DNA from: Microcystis aeruginosa NIES-843
GTDB lineage: Bacteria > Cyanobacteriota > Cyanobacteriia > Cyanobacteriales > Microcystaceae
DNA length: 32,000 nucleotides
Direction of reading: 5' to 3'
Assembly: GCF_000010625.1 (NCBI RefSeq)
Contig: NC_010296.1
Location: forward strand, 750,001 to 782,000
The notes beneath the pieces are model-generated. The model ran no database searches, had not been told where the DNA came from, and was given only the letters and a program-made list of their open reading frames with translations. The position numbers were made by a program, and so were the translations under genes. This document shows positions 8,240 through 15,965 of the stretch, one piece after another. Within the stretch, counting starts at the first letter, position 1. Each line of letters begins with the position of its first letter.

Positions 8240-9250
8240 ATGGCAAGAAATGCAACAAACGAATTATTACAAAAAGCTAAAAAATCAAAAAGTGACGAGT
8301 TTTATACACAGCTTTCAGATATAGAAAGCGAATTACAGCATTATAAAAGTCATTTTGAAAATCAAGTAGTTTATTGCAATTGCGATGACCCCCGAATTAG
8401 TAACTTTTTTAATTATTTTACCTCAAATTTCAATGAATTAGGTCTTAAAAAAATAATAACATCTTGTTATAGAGAGCAAGTAAAAAATTTATTTAATACA
8501 GAAGAAGATGAAAAAGGGTTTTTCTTTGAATATACAGGTACAGAAGGGGAAAAAAACAAACCAAGTTCAACTGACCTAGTTTACTTTAATGGAGATGGTG
8601 ATTTTCGTAGTTCGGAAAGCATTGAACTATTAAAGCAGTCCGATATTGTTGTTACCAATCCCCCATTTTCATTATTCAGAGAGTATGTAGCTCAATTGGT
8701 TAAATACGATAAAAAGTTTTTGATAATTGGAAATATTAATGCAATAACCTATAAAGAAATTTTCAAACTTATTAAAGAAAACAAGGCGTGGTTAGGAATA
8801 AATCTTGGTAGAGGTATTTCAGGTTTTATTGTACCTGAACACTATGAACTATATGGAACAGAAACTCGAATAGATAACTCTGGTAATAGAATAATCTCAC
8901 CGAACAATTGTTTATGGCTTACTAATTTAGATAATTTTAAGCGGCACGAAGATATAAAACTTACAAAAAGATATTTTGGCAACGAAGTTCAATATCCAAA
9001 ATATGACAATTATGATGGGATTAATATTAATAAAACACAAGACATACCAATAGATTATAAGGGATATATGGGGGTGCCAATAACATTTTTACATAAATTT
9101 AATCCCGACCAATTTGAAATAATTAAATTCAGGAAAGGGAATGATGATAAAGATTTATCAGTAAATGGGAAATGTCCGTATTTTAGAATACTAATAAAGA
9201 ATAAACGAATACAAACTGAATATATTGATTTAACTGACAAAGAAAGATAA
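8240..9250 (+). CDS. ecoRIM: N6-adenine DNA methyltransferase, M.EcoRI family
   Basis: The N-terminus MARNATNELLQKAKKSKSDEFYTQ and the motif SDIVVTNPPFSLFREY..KYDKKFLIIGN match M.EcoRI as I recall it. The R-then-M order is the same as in the EcoRI operon. The ORF track starts at TTG 8234, but ATG 8240 fits the homolog. Confidence 0.9.
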   Translation: MARNATNELLQKAKKSKSDEFYTQLSDIESELQHYKSHFENQVVYCNCDDPRISNFFNYFTSNFNELGLKKIITSCYREQVKNLFNTEEDEKGFFFEYTGTEGEKNKPSSTDLVYFNGDGDFRSSESIELLKQSDIVVTNPPFSLFREYVAQLVKYDKKFLIIGNINAITYKEIFKLIKENKAWLGINLGRGISGFIVPEHYELYGTETRIDNSGNRIISPNNCLWLTNLDNFKRHEDIKLTKRYFGNEVQYPKYDNYDGININKTQDIPIDYKGYMGVPITFLHKFNPDQFEIIKFRKGNDDKDLSVNGKCPYFRILIKNKRIQTEYIDLTDKER

Positions 9251-9524
9251 TGTATAACAAATCGTTGTACCTGACATTTTAGCTCTTCGGTTTGTGTTAT
9301 GCAATGGACGAGGGTTATAAGGGATGGAACCATTATAGAGAAAGGCATTTAGCGATTTTTGTCAATTGTTTTTGATCTAGAGCGAACTAATCAATTAAAT
9401 CTCTTGCCAGATAAGGATTTAGTCGATTTATGCCCCCTATCGAACCATACCAAGTAACGAAGAACCGACATTGTTCCGCTACGATCCAAAATGTCGGTGA
9501 AATCGATCGTTATGCTCCAAAGCT

Positions 9525-9550
9525 AGTGCGATACCGAAGGCACTGGGTAG
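9525..9550 (+). repeat. fragment related to the 3' extension of repeat family C (copy D)
   Basis: AGTGCGATACCGAAGGCACTGGGTAG versus AGTGCGATGCCGAAGGCACTGCGTAG at 13636-13661. Confidence 0.4.
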
Positions 9551-9702
9551 CCCCCCCTAGATGGGGTTGGAGGGCTTGCTTTAGGGCGCGATACTGGGTT
9601 ATAGGGGTTTTCAAGATTAGTGCTATTTCTCATCAAATCCTATGCTAGACTGATGGTAAGATCAGTTATCAACTACTACAAAAAGTTGAATTGGTAAAAT
9701 AC

Positions 9703-9912
9703 ATGAGTACATCAGCAAAATCACTAGAAGAACTGGTGAGACAATTATCGCCCCAGTTAAAGGTTGAAGTACAAACGTTTGTAGAGTCACTTTTAAGTAA
9801 ATCTAACCAACCTATAAAACGTAAACTCCGTCAAGACTGGGCAGGGACGCTTAAAACTGATTACACATCAATTGAGTTACAGCATCTTGCAGTTGAATGG
9901 AGAAATGGCTAG
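9703..9912 (+). CDS. putative antitoxin partner of a PIN-domain toxin
   Basis: About 70-aa ORF (ATG 9703; the track starts at TTG 9691) that overlaps the downstream PIN ORF by 16 bp. The C-terminal LRQDWAGTLK..TSIELQHLAVEWR pattern resembles antitoxins found upstream of cyanobacterial PIN genes. Confidence 0.55.
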   Translation: MSTSAKSLEELVRQLSPQLKVEVQTFVESLLSKSNQPIKRKLRQDWAGTLKTDYTSIELQHLAVEWRNG

Positions 9913-10154
9913 TGTTTCTTCTGGATACGAATATTTGGCTAGAACGCTTATTAGGACAAGCACAGGCGGAGGTTGTTGCGGAGCTACTTGATACGCTCTC
10001 ACCGTCTGATATGTGTATGACTGATTTTACTTTACATTCTATCGCGGTGATCTGCAATCGGCTGAATCAACGAGAGGTTTTTATCAAATTTGTGGATGAC
10101 GTTTTGATTGATGCTGGTGTTGTACTGGTCAGTATTCCTGCTAATGGGACTTAA
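9897..10154 (+). pseudogene. PIN-domain (VapC-like) toxin, C-terminally truncated
   Basis: It has the N-terminal PIN signature VFLLDTNIWLERLL but is only 85 aa. The reading frame runs into repeat family C and is then cut by the IS701-family insertion at 10145. The distal acidic PIN residues are absent. Confidence 0.6.
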
Positions 10155-10187
10155 ACAAATTTCAAGCCCAAACAAAGCCTAAACTGG

Positions 10188-10369
10188 GGGAGCATCTCAC
10201 TTACGCGATAAGTAATTATACTTAGCCTAAAAGCCACTCTTAATCGTGTCTTGGAACGAAATAGAGGCTTTTAAAGACTGCGTACATGGAGAATTAAAAC
10301 AAGAATTACCCTCGAAAAGCCTATTTTTCCACTAAGTATTTATGCTCATTGCAAAGGTGAGATGCTCCC
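10188..10369 (+). mobile_element. 182-bp MITE (family A) derived from the ISKra4/ISLre2-like IS, copy 1
   Basis: It shares both termini with the IS at 5778-7039 (GGGAGCATCTCACTTA.. / ..TTGCAAAGGTGAGATGCTCCC) and has no ORF. Flanked by the 8-bp direct repeat TAAACTGG (10180-10187, 10370-10377). Identical to 28326-28507. Confidence 0.85.
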
Positions 10370-11467
10370 TAAACTGGCTTTGTAAGCGGCAAACACATCC
10401 CGATTCTCGGTCAGCCACTCAAAGAAACGGAAAGACATCGCTGTCCGAAAAGCTTCCAAGGCTTCCACAAAAGTGTTTAAAGGTCGATTCGCCCACTGCC
10501 TTTGCAATCCCCCAGTTAACTTATGCCACAGGATAAATGTATAGGCACAAAACACCAGGATAAAATGACGAAGTAAGCTTCGTTTATCCCTGACTTGATA
10601 TTCCCTTAACCCTAACCATCCTTTGGCTTCTCGGTAGAATACTTCCACCCAATTTCTTTCGGTGTAAGTCCTCACTATCCACGAAGCTGTTACTGTATCT
10701 GCCTCAACTACATTGGTGATGAAATAGTCCACCTCTGTGGCTTTTTCCATTGAACTTGCATTCATGACGATCGCCAAGTTCCTTTCTCCTTCTAGTTGAG
10801 ATATTTTCGCTCTGAATACCGCTACCCAAACCGTTTTCTCTTTATCTAGATTTAGGGTGATTTTCTCCCAATCCTTTTCTGATAGGCTTTTTGCTAGTTG
10901 CTCAAGCTGGATTGTTTCTTCCACACCCCCTTCTTTTTCAATAATTACTTTTCGATTTTTTGCCAATCCTCCTAAGTATTTTAGCTTTCTTTCTTCCAGG
11001 GCTTTGAGAAAATTTGTGTTGTTGCCATAACCAGCATCTATTAAGACGATTTTCGGTCGATAGCCTCTGGTTAAGCTCCGGTCAATTAAATCTATCGCTA
11101 TCTCTGGTTTCTTCTTAAATTCTTTGTCTTCTTTCCCCTCGGCTAAGGAACTAGCCGGTTGATAAATTTCAATGTCTAGGGGGACACTTTTTTTGCCGTC
11201 GTAGAGATGAGTAGTGACGGCGACTATTCCGTTGTCTGTCTTGCCAATTTCTCCTAGGTACTGCCTGCCAACTCCGGCGGTCAGATTGCCACTTTTTCGA
11301 TGTCCTGAGTCATCGACAATCAGGGAAAATCCTCGGGGGATTTGCGTCTGGCGGCATTGGTTCATCACTTGCAACCGACATTCATTCACCTGACGGTCTG
11401 ACCAAGGAGATTCGGTCAAAAAGTGATGTAATCGGTTATAAACTACTCCGACGGCATTATTGGCCAT
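10346..11467 (-). pseudogene. IS701-family DDE transposase, interrupted (largest fragment)
   Basis: Carries LHHFLTESPWSD and the DDSG..DAGYG.. pattern. The ancestral ORF is restored as complement(10162-10179, 10370-11515, 12520-12624), about 422 aa (MKETTPAAMPPCFDRWCRRFD...FRQYLGGLLGESERKNLTQMANNAV...ASLGFVWA), by deleting both MITEs plus one copy of each target duplication. Confidence 0.8.
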
Positions 11468-11515
11468 TTGAGTGAGGTTTTTCCTCTCACTTTCCCCTAA
11501 TAATCCTCCTAAATA

Positions 11516-12513
11516 GGGCTGGCTGAATAAATCTAAAAACCTTGTTGGATAAGACTTTTGGACTTTTTTCCCCTCAAAAAGTACCAGATATGGGAGTGAT
11601 CAGGGGTAAATTCAGGGACTTTTTCCCTGAAAATTAGGTAATTGACCCCCTCAAAATCGGTAAAACCCCACACCCGTTACAGTAGAGCAGGAAGTCGCCT
11701 TCCCACCCCCTGCTTCAAAACCGGACTTACGACTTTCGCCGTATCCGGCTCCTGAGTAACTAGGCTACTGTCATTAGTAGAATAATAATGGGAATTATTA
11801 TTTCCTTGTCTATTCAACCCTCTTGGCTGTATCCCCACCAGACAAGATTGTTGGTTTTAGGGCGTATATGACCGTTGATTGTTGCTTAGACTTCCTAGTT
11901 ACCCGTCCTTTGTCAGCATATCTTTGATATTACTCAAAGCCTTGGCTTTTAAGGACATCCTCTCCCTCTATTGACTTGCGGATGGTTTCCTACTGCCCCG
12001 AACGGGCAGAGTCAATCAGGGTTACTTCGTTCCCTATAACCATTGGTTGAACCCTTAGGATGATACTGTCCACAACAGAGTAACGGGAATGCCTTACTGA
12101 TAGTGGTATGAGCTATCAGCCCCAACTCTGTTAACTTTTGTTTCGAGCCTGTCAGCCTTTTGGCTCGTGGGTGTTGACGATGGTTAATTCGTATCTTCGC
12201 CCCAGGGCTATCCATAGGTTCTGGCTCAACGGGTTTCTGATTTAGGCTATCAGATACCGCTTTTTTTTTCCTCGCTCACTACCTCAGATGTACCAAGTCT
12301 AAAGCAGCAGGAAATGCCGTCACTCTAGGCATCTAGAGGACAGGACTAAGGTTATTACTAACCCGCACCTGTAGGGTTATAAAGTTATCAAGGTACTACA
12401 TTTACCAAGCGGCTAATCCTCTAAACGTCTTACTGTCTAGTTTCTAGCCAACGAATCGCACCACACCCCACACCCTACACCCTGCCCCTAGGAAAAACTT
12501 TTTCAGCAGACCC
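11516..12513 (+). mobile_element. MITE family B copy, itself carrying a group II intron
   Basis: 11516-11675 and 12462-12513 align with the complete copy at 23778-23991. Flanked by the direct repeat TAAATA (11510-11515, 12514-12519). Confidence 0.7.
11676..12461 (-). ncRNA. ORF-less group II intron (786 nt)
   Basis: The minus strand starts GTGCGA (12461 downward). Domain V is GAGCCGGAUACGGCGAAAGUCGUAAGUCCGGUUU (complement 11718-11751), with the AGC triad, a 2-nt bulge and a GAAA loop. A domain VI hairpin with a bulged A follows, and the 3' end reads ..CUACUGUAAC at 11676. Domain IV is a short AT-rich stub with no RT ORF. Confidence 0.8.
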
Positions 12514-12701
12514 TAAATATTGTCTGAAGCCGTTTTTTTGCGCTTCGTTTTTGAAGCAATTGTCAAACCGCCGACACCATCGGTCAAAGCATGGGGGCAT
12601 TGCGGCTGGGGTTGTCTCTTTCATCGCTGATCTTTCAACGTAAAGTGCTTACTCTTTAACGATTATACTCGATTTGATCTTTATTTGGCGTTTAAGTCCC
12701 A

Positions 12702-12760
12702 CTAATAGATTTTTGGGGAACGCACCATGCACATTGATTGAAACTGTGGGTTAAAGTGCG
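12702..12760 (+). repeat. repeat family C, copy B (3' part; the 5' part lies left of the IS701 insertion at about 10113-10144)
   Basis: CTAATAGATTTTTGGGGAACGCACCATGCACATTGATTGAAACTGTGGGTTAAAGTGCG is identical to the corresponding part of copy A. Confidence 0.65.
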
Positions 12761-12814
12761 GTCGCCGATCTTAATAAGCTATATTAACAACAATACTTAA
12801 AGAGAAGGCTTAAA

Positions 12815-13117
12815 ATGGTTAAATCAACTTTGTACAGGACAGCAAAAGTCCTACCGGGAAATAGAATTGAAATTGAATCTCCAGATCTGACTGTAGGACA
12901 AACTGTTGAGGTAGTTATTTTGGTTGAAGAAGTTAGTTCTGATTCTTCTACCAGCGAATATATCTCTCCATCCTTAAAACAGCGTCTTGCTTTTCTGAAG
13001 TTACCAATGACTGAACGGAGGAATATTCTCAAAAGTCAAGCCGATATAATGCTCTCTCACTATCAACAAGATTCTGAATGGCAGGAGTTAATGGCAGGTG
13101 ACATCATTGAGTATTAA
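12815..13117 (+). CDS. putative MazE-like antitoxin
   Basis: 100-aa ORF overlapping the downstream MazF/PemK ORF by 20 bp. Small acidic C-terminal half. Assignment rests on operon context. Confidence 0.6.
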   Translation: MVKSTLYRTAKVLPGNRIEIESPDLTVGQTVEVVILVEEVSSDSSTSEYISPSLKQRLAFLKLPMTERRNILKSQADIMLSHYQQDSEWQELMAGDIIEY

Positions 13118-13472
13118 CCCTGAGCTGCCAAAACGTGGAGAAATTTGGTTAGTCAACTTCGATCCTACTGTTGGTGCAGAAATCAAAAAATTGCGTCCTG
13201 CCGTCGTCATCAGTTCCGATTCAGTAGGAAAGCTTCCTATCAAGCTTATTGCTCCTATTACAGACTGGAAAACATATTTTTCAGCAAATTTATGGCACGT
13301 TAAAATTGAACCTAACAGTATCAATGGATTGAATAAAGCTTCTGCAATTGATACTCTTCAACTAAGAGGGGTGGATTTACAAAGGTTTATTCGTAAATTA
13401 GGAAGCGTTTCTGAAATTACAATACTGGAAATTGTAGCCTCCATTGCTACTGTAATCGAATTTGAGGTCTAA
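13098..13472 (+). CDS. mazF: MazF/PemK-family mRNA interferase toxin
   Basis: PKRGEIWLVNFDPTVGAEIKKLRPAVVISSD is the canonical PemK/MazF N-terminal motif. About 120 aa. Confidence 0.85.
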   Translation: MTSLSINPELPKRGEIWLVNFDPTVGAEIKKLRPAVVISSDSVGKLPIKLIAPITDWKTYFSANLWHVKIEPNSINGLNKASAIDTLQLRGVDLQRFIRKLGSVSEITILEIVASIATVIEFEV

Positions 13473-13546
13473 CAAATCATTGCACCCGACCAACAAAAAG
13501 CGACTGATGCTGGAAAATAGACCAAAATGGCGGGTGAATTCAGCTG

Positions 13547-13661
13547 GTAGGGTGCGTTCCCTAATGCAAGTCCTACTGCTCCAGCGCTCGATTTTGGGTA
13601 ACGCACCATGCACATTGATTGAAACTGTGGGTTAAAGTGCGATGCCGAAGGCACTGCGTAG
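13547..13661 (+). repeat. repeat family C, copy C (with 3' extension)
   Basis: It has the same arms and the same 3' core as copy A, but a different sequence between the arms. The extension CCGAAGGCACTGCGTAG is shared with 9525-9550. Confidence 0.7.
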
Positions 13662-13834
13662 CAGTACGCCGCTCTGGTGGGTTAGGTTGACGGCAGACCC
13701 CCAACTGTGATCTTTGACTTCATGCCAATTTGTGCGGACTGTATTCAGGTGTTACCTGCTGTGATAGTTAGTAAGTGAGCCTGTTCGTTGAGTTGAGGAG
13801 TAAAATAGGAGAAGTCCTAATCTAAGATTTAGTA

Positions 13835-14110
13835 ATGGATAGAAGCATTATAGAACGGCAACCGCTACTTGAAGCAGTCAAGGCTCTCCCTGATGAGGCT
13901 TTAGTGGAACTGTCTAATTTTCTGGACTATCTTCGCTATAAAGCAGCCCATCAAAGAGAACTGACCACTCATTCTTCTAGTTTTCTGCTTGCAGTTGCAG
14001 GTTTAGGCAACTCTGGTCAACAGGATATTTCAGAACGTGATGAAGAGATTCTAGGCAATGAGATTGATCCGGTGTCCGGCTGGAATCTTAACCCAAGCAA
14101 TTCAGTATGA
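13835..14110 (+). CDS. putative VapB-type antitoxin
   Basis: 91-aa ORF with a 4-bp ATGA overlap onto the downstream PIN gene. The N-terminal LPDEALVELSNFLDYLRYK helix motif is common in cyanobacterial antitoxins. Confidence 0.6.
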   Translation: MDRSIIERQPLLEAVKALPDEALVELSNFLDYLRYKAAHQRELTTHSSSFLLAVAGLGNSGQQDISERDEEILGNEIDPVSGWNLNPSNSV

Positions 14111-14520
14111 CGGCGATACTTGACACCAGTTTTTTGTTTGCCTTGACCGATCAGGGCGATCGCAATCATCAACGGGTGTTGGCTATTGCTCAAAGCGTGA
14201 ATGAGCCATTGGTTCTACCTGTCGTTGTCCTGCCTGAGGTCTGCTATCTGATTGCATCAAGATTGAGCCACCAAGCAATGCGCCGTTTTGTATCCAGTAT
14301 GACACCTGATGCGGTTCAAGTTGAACCTGTAATCCCAGAAGACTTGGTACGAGTGCATGAGATATTGGAACAATATGCTGACAATCAGCTTGACTTTACA
14401 GATGCAGCGATCATTGCCATAGCTGAAAGGCTTACTATTACTCGCGTTTACACACTTGATCGCCGAGATTTTTCGATTATTCGTCCAAGTCACTGCGATT
14501 ACTTTGAGTTATTTCCTTGA
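14107..14520 (+). CDS. vapC: PIN-domain ribonuclease toxin VapC
   Basis: 137 aa with the full set of PIN acidic residues in the expected contexts (ILDTS, LPE, FTDAA, TLDRRDF). Confidence 0.85.
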   Translation: MTAILDTSFLFALTDQGDRNHQRVLAIAQSVNEPLVLPVVVLPEVCYLIASRLSHQAMRRFVSSMTPDAVQVEPVIPEDLVRVHEILEQYADNQLDFTDAAIIAIAERLTITRVYTLDRRDFSIIRPSHCDYFELFP

Positions 14521-14792
14521 ACCACCAGCTAACACTGCGTGGCAGCGGACGGTCGCAATTCGTCGCTGCCGAGCTTGCTTTCTAATGCCGTCGCTGATTT
14601 GAGCCGTTAGCGATCGAGCGCGCTACGCACCGATCGGGTTCTGGACTTCCCCATTGACAAAAAGCCATAACCTGTGCTGCAGGAAGGATTAACAGAATTT
14701 CCGATACCCCCTTACTGGGTACAAATTAAGAAAACCTCTAATAAATCTAACGCCGTACAAACTCCTCGTCAATAGCAAATCAGGTTATACTT

Positions 14793-14851
14793 CACACCCC
14801 ACACCCCACACCCCACACCCTACCCCCACGAAAAACTTTTTCAGCAGACCC
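14793..14851 (+). repeat. MITE family B fragment (heptamer-tract end)
   Basis: CACACCCCACACCCCACACCCCACACCCTACCCCCACGAAAAACTTTTTCAGCAGACCC matches the right end of copies 23778-23991 and 11516-12513. Weaker similarity may extend upstream to about 14725. Confidence 0.55.
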
Positions 14852-14873
14852 TACCTATCGATCCCATTTTTAC

Positions 14874-15881
14874 CTATTCTAAGCGCAGGATTTCTCCACC
14901 TCTGGCTAGAGATAATTCTGCTGCCTGGAGGATTTTGACTAATTCCGTCCCTACCGATCCCGAAGATACAGGAGAATTGACACCCGTAGCCACCGACTCT
15001 AAAAAATGTTCGCACAATGCTTTTAGGGGTTCACCATCGGCAATAGGGATAGATTCCGTCTCCTGTCCCCGGGGAATAAAATAGGCTTCCTGACGTTCAA
15101 AATGGCCCTTTTGTCGGGTTAAAGGCGATCGAGAGTCTAATTCATTGAAAATTAAAGTCCCTTCGCTGCCAACTATCCCTAAACGTCGCTGTTTATCGGG
15201 ATTCAACCAACAAAGGTGAATAGTCGCTTGAAAACCATCGCCATAGATCAGGGTTAACCAGACTAAATCGGCTAGATTAGGTTGTAGCCAGAAGGTTCCC
15301 CTTGCCTGTACTAATACAGGAGTACTATTTAGCCAATGATTAAAAATCGAGATATCGTGAATAGCCAGATCCCACAAAGCGGACACATCCTGACGAACTG
15401 GCCCCAGGTGGGTGCGAGTGGCATAACCATAAAGAGGTTTACCGATACCCCCGGATTGCAGGACTTTTTGTCCAGTGATAACGGCCGGATGAAAAAGATA
15501 GGTATGATCAACTAATAAAATACGCTGTTTTTTAGCCGCTAATGCCGTTAATTCGGCACATTCTTGGGGATTGAGGGTTAAGGGTTTTTCGGCGAGGACG
15601 TGATAACCTAAATTAAGAGCATCTTTAATCAGGGGATAATGACTGATGGCGGGAGTAACGACGACCACAGCCGAGATTTCGGGGTGATTGCGAATAGATT
15701 CCCAGTCATTGGCTAAAATAACCTTATTAGTATCGAGATTAAATTGATCGCGACAGAGATGAAGTTTTTCAGGGGAGGAGTCAACGATCGCCACTACTTG
15801 TGCTGAGGGATGTTGAGAAAAATGACGGACGTAATGCACTCCCCAACGTCCTACCCCTAAAATAGCGATTCCTGTGGACAT
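14874..15881 (-). CDS. Gfo/Idh/MocA-family NAD(P)-dependent oxidoreductase
   Basis: N-terminal Rossmann motif IAILGVGRWG, the EKPL motif (VLAEKPLTL), 335 aa. Confidence 0.8.
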   Translation of the reverse strand: MSTGIAILGVGRWGVHYVRHFSQHPSAQVVAIVDSSPEKLHLCRDQFNLDTNKVILANDWESIRNHPEISAVVVVTPAISHYPLIKDALNLGYHVLAEKPLTLNPQECAELTALAAKKQRILLVDHTYLFHPAVITGQKVLQSGGIGKPLYGYATRTHLGPVRQDVSALWDLAIHDISIFNHWLNSTPVLVQARGTFWLQPNLADLVWLTLIYGDGFQATIHLCWLNPDKQRRLGIVGSEGTLIFNELDSRSPLTRQKGHFERQEAYFIPRGQETESIPIADGEPLKALCEHFLESVATGVNSPVSSGSVGTELVKILQAAELSLARGGEILRLE

Positions 15882-15965
15882 TTTGCTTACTCAGATAGAT
15901 CAATCTAGTTTATTTTAAAAGGATTAGGCGCAATTGTTAATTGATTCTGAGAACTGGAAGGGATT

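Larger units (their letters stand above)
10145..12701 (-). mobile_element. IS701-family insertion sequence, inactivated by two nested insertions
   Basis: 12-bp terminal inverted repeats TGGGACTTAAAC (10145-10156) and GTTTAAGTCCCA (12690-12701). 4-bp direct repeat CTAA at 10141-10144 and 12702-12705. About 1.36 kb once the nested elements are removed. Confidence 0.8.

Noticed and set aside
9430-9648. 72-aa + strand ORF downstream of the methylase
   Set aside because: Arg/Trp-rich translation of a GC-rich repeat fragment (family C extension). No RBS context or homology recognised.
12012-12215. 67-aa minus-strand ORF inside the group II intron
   Set aside because: Far too short, and it lacks any reverse-transcriptase or maturase motif. 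It lies in the domain I-III region of the ribozyme rather than in domain IV.
7066-13661. Idea that repeat family C elements are integron attC sites (a CALIN-like cassette array)
   Set aside because: I could not find the R''/R' core sites (RYYYAAC ... GTTRRRY). The closest match, GTTAAAG, fails the last position and has no complementary partner. No intI gene is in the window. The cassette-like layout is kept as a finding, but not the integron label.
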